Shown here: positions 8,729 to 17,962 of the stretch, one piece after another | Numbering within the stretch: the first letter of the stretch is position 1 | How the letters are laid out: each line of letters starts with the position of its first letter | Source: Holdemanella biformis | GTDB taxonomy: Bacteria; Pseudomonadota; Alphaproteobacteria; CASFRQ01; SAAU01 | Reading direction: 5' to 3' | Assembly (NCBI GenBank): GCA_963611245.1 | Contig: CAVDQP010000002.1 | Location: 1-28,527, forward strand | Length of the DNA stretch: 28,527 nucleotides | The notes under the pieces: model-generated | Databases searched by the model: none | The model's input: only the letters and a program-made list of their open reading frames with translations | Told to the model about the DNA's origin: nothing | Made by a program: the position numbers and the translations under genes

Positions 8729-9296
8729 CTTTACTCCAGTTTTCTAAAATCAAGCTCGGCACCAGATTTTGCCAACGCTCGCTTTCGGTTGCAAAGTTTA
8801 TCAGTTTCGGCATTTTGACCTGTGGCACCAAAATAAAGGCGATGACCGTCTTTTTCTTTTTGGTATGCACCAGTAATGAACAGGCGTTGCGGCGATACAC
8901 AAACTGTAATCGCACGCCTTTCATCTGTTCATAAAGTCCCGGTGTCATACGCTTGCCACATGCACGTTTCGGAATAGCCTCTGTCGGAATGGCCAGCCAC
9001 AGACCGTTCTTGCCGCGGATAATACTGCTATATTCAAAGCCCAGCATTATCTTTTCGGCATTAGAATAAACAAGGCCTGCCGCACTGATACTCTTTTTTC
9101 CTTTCGGATAGACGACACCGCGCCATGTATTAGCCATGCGGGAACTCATGCCGCTTGACCGAACCTGTTCACGCAAAGATGACTTTAATCCGTTCGTTGC
9201 CGCTGTAATTCCTAAGGTCACAGCCTTTGCACACTCTACATAGTGCTTTTCCATGACATCAGACAATTTTCCCTGTAATGCCAATTTTAACTGCAT
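8718..9296 (-). CDS. Tail completion/neck protein (DUF6441-like, gpZ position)
   Basis: Basic protein with WLAIPT and FILVPQVK motifs; position in the operon. Confidence 0.7.
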   Translation of the reverse strand: MQLKLALQGKLSDVMEKHYVECAKAVTLGITAATNGLKSSLREQVRSSGMSSRMANTWRGVVYPKGKKSISAAGLVYSNAEKIMLGFEYSSIIRGKNGLWLAIPTEAIPKRACGKRMTPGLYEQMKGVRLQFVYRRNACSLLVHTKKKKTVIAFILVPQVKMPKLINFATESERWQNLVPSLILENWSKDDK

Positions 9297-9580
9297 AGCA
9301 CATCAACACTCCATACCAAGTTATGAATATCTTTGACCGGTTCCGTATGCACCCGATAGGTTGCCGCATCTGTTTCTATCGTGTCCCCGACAGCTAAATC
9401 GGGCGCATCAGAAAGCCGGATCCGCATTAAATGCGTATCGGTGTGAGCCTTTACAAAACCCACACCGACAACTTCGTCCGGCTCAGTCAATAAAAAAAGA
9501 ATTTTGCGCCCTTGATATGTCCCGGTCGTTCCGCATCTATTGAACAGGCTGTCCACCGCCTTTTTGAGCGGAAGGGTCAT
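9287..9580 (-). CDS. Head-tail joining protein (gpFII-like)
   Basis: Start moved to ATG 9580 with GGAGG RBS; LAVGDTIE...YRV beta-barrel pattern. Confidence 0.72.
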   Translation of the reverse strand: MTLPLKKAVDSLFNRCGTTGTYQGRKILFLLTEPDEVVGVGFVKAHTDTHLMRIRLSDAPDLAVGDTIETDAATYRVHTEPVKDIHNLVWSVDVLCS

Positions 9581-9752
9581 CTTTACCTCCTGTTTCAGTT
9601 TGTAGCCCTGCTTTTTGACCACCCTTAACGGCCACCGCAAAGCCGCGCTCAATTAAACTTTTTGCATCTGCTTCATTCAGATCGTACTCCTTACCGGGTG
9701 CGATTTCTTTGCCGGCAGACACAACTAACGTAATCAAAGCCTTAATACGCAT
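9537..9752 (-). CDS. Small post-capsid protein (gpFI/packaging chaperone-like)
   Basis: 71 aa directly after the major capsid gene; GAGG RBS; EADAKSLIERGFA motif. Confidence 0.6.
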   Translation of the reverse strand: MRIKALITLVVSAGKEIAPGKEYDLNEADAKSLIERGFAVAVKGGQKAGLQTETGGKDDPSAQKGGGQPVQ

Positions 9753-9761
9753 TTATACCTC

Positions 9762-10790
9762 CTAGCCAATGGTTGCACACAAAGACGCATTCGGACGATA
9801 AGGAACAACCAAAGGTGCGGATTGCAACAACAGCCAACGAACCGAGGGATCTTCCTCAACCCAGGACTTCGTGAAGTATCTGTGAGCTGTCCAGTTTGCC
9901 TTTTCGTCATGAATAGCCCCATAGCAACGGGTGCCTTCCAGTCCGTCTTTGGCTGCCATTAAGACCGTCTTGCTTGGCAAGAGTTTGCTTTCAACCCCGG
10001 CATCATTGATATAAATGTCATTGTAAACATAGATATCAAAGTCACCGATTGAGCCAACATAGCGCACTTTGGCGTTTTCTCCGCGCACAAGCGGATCAAC
10101 ATTCAACGTGTTGTTGGTGCCTCTGCGGTAATCCAAGAACTTCTTTACATCGTCTTTTGCGCGGAAGATTTTCCACGCGTCCGGATCCATAACAACCGTT
10201 TTAGCAACCACACCGGACTTGCTTTGAATTAAATCCGCCCAGTCTTCCAGGTCATTGATCGGGTTAATCGCTGCAGTTGCCCATGTGGCGGAACCGGTTA
10301 AGGCCTTAGTCAAAGCCGCATCACGCCCGAAGTTGACCGTTGTTGACGGATAACCGTCTCCGGAAACAATCACTTGTCCGGTTCTTAAGATTTCAGCCGC
10401 CATGACTTCTTCACGACGGGTCAGGTTTTCTAACTGATCTGTCAAAGTTGTGGCCAAAGCGCGTTCATAACGTTGTGCGGGACTTAAACTGCCGCCGATA
10501 ATCTCACCGGCAACACGTTTATACGGAATGTTTGCGTCAAAGCGGCGTTTGTCTTTCACATAAGCCGGCTTGAATGATTTTGTTTGATAACCACCGCTAT
10601 CAACGATTTTGCCGGGGAGTAGTGGGGATACAAACGGAGAAATGCGCGGCTTGCTGTCCGTTACATCAAAAAAGATCTCTTCTTTATCCGAAGTTTGCAC
10701 ATTCGAAAAGAAAGTGTCGAGCAAGAAAGACGAAGGCGTGTGTAAACGTTCAACCACTTTTGCCAACACGTTTGTAGAAAAAATATCCAT
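9762..10790 (-). CDS. Major capsid protein (lambda gpE family)
   Basis: 342 aa; FLLDTFF, SPFVSP, REEVMAA and LQSAPL motifs. Confidence 0.95.
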   Translation of the reverse strand: MDIFSTNVLAKVVERLHTPSSFLLDTFFSNVQTSDKEEIFFDVTDSKPRISPFVSPLLPGKIVDSGGYQTKSFKPAYVKDKRRFDANIPYKRVAGEIIGGSLSPAQRYERALATTLTDQLENLTRREEVMAAEILRTGQVIVSGDGYPSTTVNFGRDAALTKALTGSATWATAAINPINDLEDWADLIQSKSGVVAKTVVMDPDAWKIFRAKDDVKKFLDYRRGTNNTLNVDPLVRGENAKVRYVGSIGDFDIYVYNDIYINDAGVESKLLPSKTVLMAAKDGLEGTRCYGAIHDEKANWTAHRYFTKSWVEEDPSVRWLLLQSAPLVVPYRPNASLCATIG

Positions 10791-10793
10791 TAT

Positions 10794-11153
10794 TTATGCC
10801 TTTCCGTATGTTTGGTTTGATTTAATAAAAATGCTTTTTTCTCTGAGTTTAGCCTTTAAGCTGGCAATGGTTGCACCGCTTGCCACAGTCAGAGCCGCCG
10901 CATTAAATTCGCCGGTCAAATAAATAACGGCTTGTTTGTCTTCACTTGTGGCATCAACGTTTTCGGCCAAAATAGCCACCGGCGTATCAGAGGCCCCACA
11001 AATGGTAAATGCGCCCTCTGATTCTTTTAAGACCGTTCCGCGCGTATAGTTGCCGCCGGTAATGGTTGCAAGTTCAGAGACACGAGGGAATTCGCCGGCA
11101 ATCAAGTTGTCAGCGGTTGTGGATCCTTGATCCGTAAATCCTTGTATAGTCAT
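10794..11153 (-). CDS. Head decoration protein (gpD family)
   Basis: YTRGTVL, AILAE and YLTGEFN motifs; precedes the capsid gene. Confidence 0.9.
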   Translation of the reverse strand: MTIQGFTDQGSTTADNLIAGEFPRVSELATITGGNYTRGTVLKESEGAFTICGASDTPVAILAENVDATSEDKQAVIYLTGEFNAAALTVASGATIASLKAKLREKSIFIKSNQTYGKA

Positions 11154-11156
11154 ACT

Positions 11157-11462
11157 TTAACCTCCAATTGTGTATGAGGCGATGCGTTTGGCAACAGCCT
11201 CCGGTGTTTCATCTTCCGTCTCGCTACTCGGGTCAATAGACGGGTTTTTGATTTGTGCCATGGCTTGTTCAAAAGCATTGCTTTGTTTGGCAAACGGCAC
11301 CGTTTCTAAAATAGCCAAAATGTCTGTTGTAGACAAATCGGTCTTGGCAAGCAACGCTTGAGCGGTTGCCTCTTTACCCTTAGCACTTTCAGCCGAAAGA
11401 ACCTGAGACATACGCTCACGTTCCTGTGCTTTGATGTCCAGGACATTTACTTCATTATTCAT
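11157..11462 (-). CDS. Nested in-frame scaffold protein (gpNu3-like)
   Basis: Internal AAGGAG 9 nt upstream of in-frame ATG 11462, after the protease domain. Confidence 0.6.
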   Translation of the reverse strand: MNNEVNVLDIKAQERERMSQVLSAESAKGKEATAQALLAKTDLSTTDILAILETVPFAKQSNAFEQAMAQIKNPSIDPSSETEDETPEAVAKRIASYTIGG

Positions 11463-12257
11463 AAATACATTCTCCTTTTTGTTCAGGTCCGTTATCACTT
11501 CCTCAAACGAGGTCAAACCGTCCGCCAGACCGACACGGACAGCATTTTGTCCCACAAAGATATCACCGCCCCCAAAGTTGGTAATAACTTCTTTGGGCGA
11601 AATGTCTCTGTAAGCCGAAACTTTATTGATAAAAACCTCTGCCAAAGCGTCAATGTGCTCTTGAATTTTGGCTTTCCCTTCTTCTGTTTCTACATCGGGC
11701 CGCTTGTTCGGGCTCTGAGAGGAGACGATTTCTATCGTTTTGTTCTCATCGTCCTTTTCAAAAATAGACACAACCCCGATAGAACCCAAAATCGCTGTAT
11801 CCGCCGCCATAATCTTATCGCAGGCCGAGGCAATCCAATACGCCCCGGAGCAACAAGAACCGGAGGCATAAGCGATAATCGGCTTTTTACCTCGGGCGTT
11901 ATAGATCACATCGGCCAGTTCCGAACAACCATTGACTTCACCACCCGGACTGTCTACATCAAACAAAATGGCCGATACGCTCGGGTCGTTCAGGGCTTTG
12001 TTAAAGTCCTGCGCCAATAGTTCGTAAGAGGTCGCCCCACAAATCGCCGTCAAAAGATTAGCGTGCCTAAACAACGGACCGGTTACCGGAATAACAGCAA
12101 CGCCGCCTCGGGTGGAGACGGCATAGGTGTTTTTCATATCACGGCCCATTTCTTTGGCAATGGCCTCAGGTGTTCGGTTCGTTTGGTGCGCTATCGCTAT
12201 CATTGTCTGCAACATCTCGGGCGTTATCGCCCATACTGTTTTTTGCATGAGTTTCAT
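11157..12257 (-). CDS. S49 family prohead protease with C-terminal scaffold (gpC-like)
   Basis: DSPGG, SGAYWIAS and GSIGV motifs. Confidence 0.93.
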   Translation of the reverse strand: MKLMQKTVWAITPEMLQTMIAIAHQTNRTPEAIAKEMGRDMKNTYAVSTRGGVAVIPVTGPLFRHANLLTAICGATSYELLAQDFNKALNDPSVSAILFDVDSPGGEVNGCSELADVIYNARGKKPIIAYASGSCCSGAYWIASACDKIMAADTAILGSIGVVSIFEKDDENKTIEIVSSQSPNKRPDVETEEGKAKIQEHIDALAEVFINKVSAYRDISPKEVITNFGGGDIFVGQNAVRVGLADGLTSFEEVITDLNKKENVFMNNEVNVLDIKAQERERMSQVLSAESAKGKEATAQALLAKTDLSTTDILAILETVPFAKQSNAFEQAMAQIKNPSIDPSSETEDETPEAVAKRIASYTIGG

Positions 12258-12349
12258 TGTTTTCCTTTCATAAAATTAAAACCTTTACTTTCTTTTTGAA
12301 AAAGTAAAGGATAATGGAATAACCTTTACTTTATGACTGTAAAAGCATC

Positions 12350-12374
12350 AAAAAAGCCCCACCAAAGTGAGGCT
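12350..12374 (-). terminator. Intrinsic terminator downstream of fic
   Basis: AGCCTCAC-TTTG-GTGGGGCT followed by a T tract. Confidence 0.7.
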
Positions 12375-12461
12375 ATTTTATTTTTTTCGCATTTTGCGAT
12401 TTTTGTAAAATAGGAATGATGTTTAAAATATATTTTTTTCAATTAGTTATTTGTATTCTTT

Positions 12462-12512
12462 ACACTTTTCGGATGGAAAATAGTTAATATTTTGACACTT
12501 TTCGGATGGAAA
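12462..12512. repeat. Perfect 18-bp direct repeat ACACTTTTCGGATGGAAA (2 copies, 33-bp period)
   Basis: Copies at 12462-12479 and 12495-12512. Confidence 0.85.
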
Positions 12513-12583
12513 GTATAAAAAATGGTAGAAAATCTGCAATAGCATTGCGGATTTTACTAAATTACTGTATTTTCACCTTAAAC

Positions 12584-12626
12584 ATTACCAGATATTCCCA
12601 GATAATTACTTATCTGTTACCAGATA
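12584..12626. repeat. TTACCAGATA iteron cluster downstream of fic
   Basis: ATTACCAGATATTCCCAGATAA plus TTACCAGATA 32 bp further on. Confidence 0.8.
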
Positions 12627-12638
12627 CACAAAAACTAA

Positions 12639-13703
12639 TTATTCTTCGCTGTTTCGTATGTATGAAACACCGCGTGTTGTTCCTAGTTTAGTTAAATATC
12701 CTTTTTTCACCAAACTTTGTACAGATTTACGAACAGTTTCAGCATTTTTTCCTGTCTTTTTAACAATTTCAGAGATACTTATTTCTGAATTGTTAGCAAA
12801 TAGGCTCATAATTTCACGGGCAGTTGAAGACAATTTATCTGTATCCACTTTCTTGAGCTTTTGAATTTTATCCTCCAACGCTCGTTTTTGCTTTTGAAGA
12901 GATGTGACAAAGAATGTTAACCAAGGTTCATAATCAACCTTATCATTCCATATCGTTTTTTGTGTTCCGCGTAAAGCCCGATAATAAGCATCTTTACTTG
13001 CTTCAATAATTGATTCCATAGAAGCATACGGCATATAACTGTATTTGTTTTTCAACATCAACAGTACAGTCAAGGCGCGCGACATGCGACCGTTGCCGTC
13101 TGTAAATGGATGTATCGACAAGAAATGAACGATAAATATTCCAATTGTGATAATGGGATGCAAGAAGCGATCTTCAAAAGTATCGTTTGTCCATTTAATT
13201 AGCTCGCTCATCAAGTGTGGTGTATCAAAAGGAGAAGCTGTCTCAAAAATAGTTCCGATTTCTTTTCCGGTTGCATCATAAGCCGCCACACGATTACTAT
13301 CCTTTTTGTATTCGCCACGGTGACGTTCATCCTTGGAAGAATATTTCAAAAGAATTTGATGTAACTGCTTAATATAATTTTCCGTTAGAGGAATATCGTT
13401 GTAATTCTCAAATATCGTATTAATTAAGTCAGAATATCCTGCAACTTCTTCTTCGTCACGAGACTTAAAAGACTTTTTGTTGATATGACTAAACAACTCC
13501 TCGATCTCCGCATCGGACATTTTATTGCCCTCAATACGGTTAGATGAACCAACAGATTCAATCGTTGCAACCCGCTTCATAACTTTTAATTCGGCAGGTG
13601 TTAATTTAGATAAATCTGCACTCCATGAACCAACGAACTGATCAATTTCAGCAATTTTATTGAGCATATCCGGTGTAATAATAATGTCTTTTATTCTTGG
13701 CAT
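12639..13703 (-). CDS. Fic family protein (class II) with C-terminal winged HTH; moron
   Basis: HPFTDGNGRMSR catalytic motif; N-terminal SNRIEG inhibitory motif; AAGGAG RBS before ATG 13703. Confidence 0.92.
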   Translation of the reverse strand: MPRIKDIIITPDMLNKIAEIDQFVGSWSADLSKLTPAELKVMKRVATIESVGSSNRIEGNKMSDAEIEELFSHINKKSFKSRDEEEVAGYSDLINTIFENYNDIPLTENYIKQLHQILLKYSSKDERHRGEYKKDSNRVAAYDATGKEIGTIFETASPFDTPHLMSELIKWTNDTFEDRFLHPIITIGIFIVHFLSIHPFTDGNGRMSRALTVLLMLKNKYSYMPYASMESIIEASKDAYYRALRGTQKTIWNDKVDYEPWLTFFVTSLQKQKRALEDKIQKLKKVDTDKLSSTAREIMSLFANNSEISISEIVKKTGKNAETVRKSVQSLVKKGYLTKLGTTRGVSYIRNSEE

Positions 13704-13720
13704 ATTGTCTCCTTTCAATT

Positions 13721-13772
13721 TTACTGGATATTACCAGATATTCCCAAATAAGTCAACTAAAATTACCAGATG
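13721..13772 (-). promoter_or_regulatory. fic promoter overlapped by TTACCAGATA iterons
   Basis: TTGACT (13756-13751)-17 bp-TAATAT (13733-13728); 10-bp repeats cover the spacer and -10. Confidence 0.7.
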
Positions 13773-13782
13773 CATAAAAATT

Positions 13783-15255
13783 TTACTCTATAGGCCGTAT
13801 TTCATCATCATTCGGCGACGTTTTTTCCTCCTTTTGGATTAATTTTTCTGTTGTTAAACCTAATTCGGCGAGTTTGGCTTTCTCCCGCGCCCGTTGTTCC
13901 AAAACTTCTTCCCAGTCCAAGCCTTGACCAGCGCATTCGGCCTCTAATGTTGAAAGTCCAATATCCATTCGGATTTGGCAGGCCTGAGCCTCTTTGACTG
14001 GGTCAACCCAGCCACGCCCCGGACCAATCCACTTACATCTTGTGTAAGCGTAGCGGTTCTCGTAAAAGTCCGGCGCATCAACCAGCCCTTTATTGACAGC
14101 TTCTTCCAGCCAAAGCTCATAAACCGGCGTGGCCCAGTAAGTGGAAAGCCATTGCCGGCGGCCGTTAAAGTAGCGCCAAGCCTCCAACAAAGCCGACCGA
14201 GCTGACGAATAATTGGTCTTTGAAAAGTCTTTCAAGAGTAATTCATATGGAATGTTCAACCCTGTGCCAATATGACGGAGCAAATTCTCCACAAAACTGC
14301 CATATGCCGAGTTCGGTCGGCTGGGTGTAAAAGGTGCAATTTTATCCCCCGGAAATATCGGGATAATAGATCCGCCTTCCAGTTTGACTTTCCAATCCTT
14401 TTTGGCATTCAAGTAGTCCTCACCACTGCCACCGAAAAGCTCATTGAGACTTTCGCCATCCATCGGTGTTTCTATAAATGCGGCGATCATCGCGTTGACG
14501 ATTGCGGCTTGAAGCTCGGATCGCTCATAATGATCCAACATTTTGAACATCGGCATTATGGAGCTCAGAACAGGTTTTCCACGGGATTGGCCAATGCGGC
14601 TGATGTCGTGAACGTGTAGAACACGCCGCCGGCCGAACGATGTAAAAGCCGGAATCCGTTCCCATGTTGTCGTTCCTGTCCAATAATCGCCAGGGTGGTC
14701 TTTTTGAATGTAATAAGCAACAGGTGCACCATACTTATCTATTTCAATACCGCCGCGAAGTGTTTTACTGTCCGTCTGACCGTTTGGATTAGAGAGCCGA
14801 TCCGGTTCTACCAACTGAATTGCGGTAGAAAACGGCCGGTCTTTCAGCCAAAGCGGAATAGCCAAAGCCTCACCATTAATCAGACAAGATTTGAAAACTT
14901 GTGTTGTTAGGCCATGAAAAGTTAAGGATTTGGCCGCATCACATTCAAAGGTTTCGGACCAGGATCGCCATAAACTCTCAACATGTGCTTGCCATTCTTC
15001 TTCCCATTCCTTGGTTTTGCCCAGTAGCCGGTAGTCCGGCTTGGCTGACAGGCGAAACCCGGTGCCGACAATGTTGTCGGTCAAGGTCTGTATGGCACCG
15101 GCGGCAATACCATGATTACGCGTTAAGTCACGCGACCGGGCAACGATCGTGTCCAATTCCGGCAGTAAATCGCTGTCGGCTGAACCGCGGCCTGGAAGCC
15201 ATGAGGCAATTTCTCGCAAAGTTTGCGAAGCTGCTTTGTGTGATGTGTCTGTCAT
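13783..15255 (-). CDS. Portal protein (lambda gpB family)
   Basis: ARSRDLTRN, GIEIDKYGAPVAY, NYSSAR and GWVDPVKE motifs. Confidence 0.96.
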   Translation of the reverse strand: MTDTSHKAASQTLREIASWLPGRGSADSDLLPELDTIVARSRDLTRNHGIAAGAIQTLTDNIVGTGFRLSAKPDYRLLGKTKEWEEEWQAHVESLWRSWSETFECDAAKSLTFHGLTTQVFKSCLINGEALAIPLWLKDRPFSTAIQLVEPDRLSNPNGQTDSKTLRGGIEIDKYGAPVAYYIQKDHPGDYWTGTTTWERIPAFTSFGRRRVLHVHDISRIGQSRGKPVLSSIMPMFKMLDHYERSELQAAIVNAMIAAFIETPMDGESLNELFGGSGEDYLNAKKDWKVKLEGGSIIPIFPGDKIAPFTPSRPNSAYGSFVENLLRHIGTGLNIPYELLLKDFSKTNYSSARSALLEAWRYFNGRRQWLSTYWATPVYELWLEEAVNKGLVDAPDFYENRYAYTRCKWIGPGRGWVDPVKEAQACQIRMDIGLSTLEAECAGQGLDWEEVLEQRAREKAKLAELGLTTEKLIQKEEKTSPNDDEIRPIE

Positions 15256-15494
15256 TAAAATGCTACCTTTATCATACGTCTGCGGCAGGTTGTTGTCCCT
15301 TCAGCCGCTGCGATTTGCGATTTCAAAGAACTGATATAGCTTTCAAGGGCCGTCCGGCTGGTTTGATTGTAAGTAGTGGAACCGAAATTTCCAACACTGA
15401 CCGTTACCTCCTTTTCGCCGATCATCAATTTATGATAAGCTTCCTCGGCCTCAGCCAGCCTGGTTTTCAAGGTTTCAATATTTGTTATAGCCAT
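15255..15494 (-). CDS. Head completion protein gpW
   Basis: 79 aa between terminase and portal; AEEAYHKLMIG...LESYI motif. Confidence 0.88.
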   Translation of the reverse strand: MAITNIETLKTRLAEAEEAYHKLMIGEKEVTVSVGNFGSTTYNQTSRTALESYISSLKSQIAAAEGTTTCRRRMIKVAF

Positions 15495-17434
15495 GGATCA
15501 TTTACCTTTGTTGGTTGAATTTGAACAAATTTCGGTTGCTTTTTAATCTTTACCTTTTCGGTTGTTTTAGTCGGTATAGCAGCTTCCAGTTCTTGCCAAC
15601 CGCGCTCAGATATCCGGTCAAGTCCGTAAATAGCCGCGCCGGCACGCGCATAAACGCGGCAGTCCAAGGCTTCGTTTCGCCGGGTCGGGTCTTTTTCCCA
15701 AACCGATTTTGGATAACCATTGGTCACCTTAACCACCTGACGTTCGGCCGTCAGTTGTTTGAAATACTCCTCAGCATATTCGGGGAAATGACAGCGGCCA
15801 AACTGCGAGGCATCTTCACCCACGCGTTCCATTTTAAGCCACCGATAAAGTTCTGTCTTAATCACCGGACCGGACACATTCCACACTTTCAGGCCTTTCT
15901 TTTTTGTATCGGCCTTTGAAGTGGAAAGGATCATCGCTGTATCACGACTTTGACCTTTAATGGCAACAACCGTCCTTGGCGCATTGGCCCGGGCGCCATT
16001 ACCACCCCAAACAGCCTGATTAAACAGCCGGATAAACGAATACACATCTTGCGTGGCATAACCGGAGTCAACACACATCACCCGGATCGGCATTGTAATC
16101 CCGCTTTCGTGCGGGTAATCCTTATTAACAATTTCCGCCAACTTTGACCAAACTTCCGGCTTGGCGGTGTCGCCGTCTAATACATAATAGTCAACGGACC
16201 AGCTTTGCTTTTGCCGGCCCCAAGCCACAACTTCACATTCAATGCGATCTTTTTGAATATCTGCGCCGGCGGTTAAGAATAATCCGCCCATCGGCACTAT
16301 TCCAATCGGATAATTTTCCCGAGTTTCATAAAGCCGTTGCCATTCAGGGGCCTCACTTTCTTGCTCAAAGGTTTCACCCAAAATCGTGTTTTGGAATCCT
16401 TGCATCAAGGTCGGATTCTTTTTAGCTTTCTCGTAAATATCTACACACTCTTTCCAAGACAGCCAGCCAATCGGAGAGTAAAGCGATGACAGATGAAATC
16501 CCGCCGTCAGTCCGTCAATGGACTGGGTGGTAGCCTCCCAATGTCCGGCTTCCAACATTTGCGTCTTATAATGCTCGGCGATCGGCTTGTGGCAATGCCC
16601 GCATTCATAAAAAACAGTATCGTTTTCGGCTCTAACCTGTTCCCAAAGTAGTCGTTGAAACCCACCACAAAAAGGGCACGGAACCAGATAATACCGCTTA
16701 TCTGAAAGTTCAAACTCACGCTCTATATTAGACAGCCCTTTAACGGTTGGCGTTGATACCAAAAATATCTTTTTGCGTTTGTTAAAGGTCGCTGTTCTTC
16801 GTTCGGCCAGCAAGATTGGATCACCTTCACCCTCAATATCGGTGGGATAGCCGTCAATCTCGTCCATAAACAAGTATCGCGCGGGCATAGACCGCAATCC
16901 AACCGCTGAATTAGCCCCCGTCATCACAAGAACGCCACCCATAAAATCCTTGGATAACATCGTATTGCCTTTGTCGCGTGACCGCGGCGAGCTCACTACG
17001 TTTTTCAATGCAGGGCAGTCCTCAATCAGTGGGTCTATCCGCTGACGTGAGTTGCGTTTGGCCATTTCCACAGTCGGTGACACGGCCATAATCGGTCCCG
17101 GAGCCTTATGCATAATATAACCGATCCAGTTATTACCACATTCGGTGCCGCCGATCTGTGCGCCTTTCATAAACACAACCTTTTGAATGGGCGACTTTGG
17201 CGATAGGCAATCCATAATTTCTTTTAAGTAAGGCGTTCTTGCCGTCCGCCAACGACCAGGTTCTGAGGCTGATTTACTGGACAGCACTCTATATTTATCT
17301 GCCCAGTCCGACACAGACATATAACTGTCCGGTGCCGCGCCACGAAAAAACTCTTCTGCAATATAGTGTTCAAGATCATAGTTCTCGGCAAATAAGTTCT
17401 TCTGATTCTGATAAGAGTTTTCGGGCATATTCAT
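15485..17434 (-). CDS. Terminase large subunit (gpA family); exact start uncertain
   Basis: KGAQIGGT Walker A, FMDEIDGY Walker B, STPT, CPFC/CGHC zinc motif and NEALDC nuclease motif. Confidence 0.96.
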   Translation of the reverse strand: MNMPENSYQNQKNLFAENYDLEHYIAEEFFRGAAPDSYMSVSDWADKYRVLSSKSASEPGRWRTARTPYLKEIMDCLSPKSPIQKVVFMKGAQIGGTECGNNWIGYIMHKAPGPIMAVSPTVEMAKRNSRQRIDPLIEDCPALKNVVSSPRSRDKGNTMLSKDFMGGVLVMTGANSAVGLRSMPARYLFMDEIDGYPTDIEGEGDPILLAERRTATFNKRKKIFLVSTPTVKGLSNIEREFELSDKRYYLVPCPFCGGFQRLLWEQVRAENDTVFYECGHCHKPIAEHYKTQMLEAGHWEATTQSIDGLTAGFHLSSLYSPIGWLSWKECVDIYEKAKKNPTLMQGFQNTILGETFEQESEAPEWQRLYETRENYPIGIVPMGGLFLTAGADIQKDRIECEVVAWGRQKQSWSVDYYVLDGDTAKPEVWSKLAEIVNKDYPHESGITMPIRVMCVDSGYATQDVYSFIRLFNQAVWGGNGARANAPRTVVAIKGQSRDTAMILSTSKADTKKKGLKVWNVSGPVIKTELYRWLKMERVGEDASQFGRCHFPEYAEEYFKQLTAERQVVKVTNGYPKSVWEKDPTRRNEALDCRVYARAGAAIYGLDRISERGWQELEAAIPTKTTEKVKIKKQPKFVQIQPTKVNDPWL

Positions 17435-17885
17435 CTATCACAACCATTGTTTTATGTTCATCTGTTCCCAATTCTGCCGCAATCAAAGCCCCATAACGTG
17501 TAGAAAAGCTTAAAAATAAATCTCGTAAACTGCGTCCCAAATGAAAGGCATAAGCTCCGGCACGCTTGCGATCTATGCTTTCACCATTTAACAGTTTCAA
17601 TTTGGCTTTGGCGAGCATCGCCCGATAATAAACATCGGCGGTCTTGGCTTGCTGAAAAGCCCCCATATTGTTGGGCCGATTTTCTGTTTGAGCTTCAAAG
17701 ATCGGATCGGGTTTGCGTTGTTTGGACTGGTCCGTATTGATAAACCAGTCGCGATTGGCTTCTTCTACATCAATTTTGCCGTCCACTGTTTTATGGATAC
17801 GGCCGGACTTGATTGCATTTTGAACGGCACTTAAATTTACGCCTCTCAATCGCGCATATTCCCGCAGTGACACAGTTTTTGCCAT
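17376..17885 (-). CDS. Terminase small subunit (gpNu1-like)
   Basis: N-terminal wHTH (SLREYARLRGVNLSAVQNAIKSGRI), coiled coil, overlaps terL. Confidence 0.85.
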   Translation of the reverse strand: MAKTVSLREYARLRGVNLSAVQNAIKSGRIHKTVDGKIDVEEANRDWFINTDQSKQRKPDPIFEAQTENRPNNMGAFQQAKTADVYYRAMLAKAKLKLLNGESIDRKRAGAYAFHLGRSLRDLFLSFSTRYGALIAAELGTDEHKTMVVIDEYARKLLSESEELICREL

Positions 17886-17929
17886 ATTGCTTCACTTCCT
17901 TATGTTTTGCACATAAACTATTACCTTGC

Positions 17930-17959
17930 AAAAAAAGGACCGACTAAAATTGGCCCCTT
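17930..17959 (-). terminator. Imperfect intrinsic terminator after the GIY-YIG moron
   Basis: AAGGGGCCAATTTTAGTCGGTCC followed by T7. Confidence 0.5.
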
Positions 17960-17962
17960 CAT

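Noticed and set aside
12280..12630. CRISPR array or mini-array
   Set aside because: Only pairs of short, mutually different repeats with ~15-30 bp gaps; no cas genes.
12506..12691. Plus-strand 61-aa ORF in the repeat tract
   Set aside because: Starts inside a repeat, has no RBS, and overlaps the fic 3' end.
12639..13703. Fic toxin-antitoxin pair
   Set aside because: No adjacent antitoxin ORF; the inhibitory SxxxEG motif is within the protein itself.
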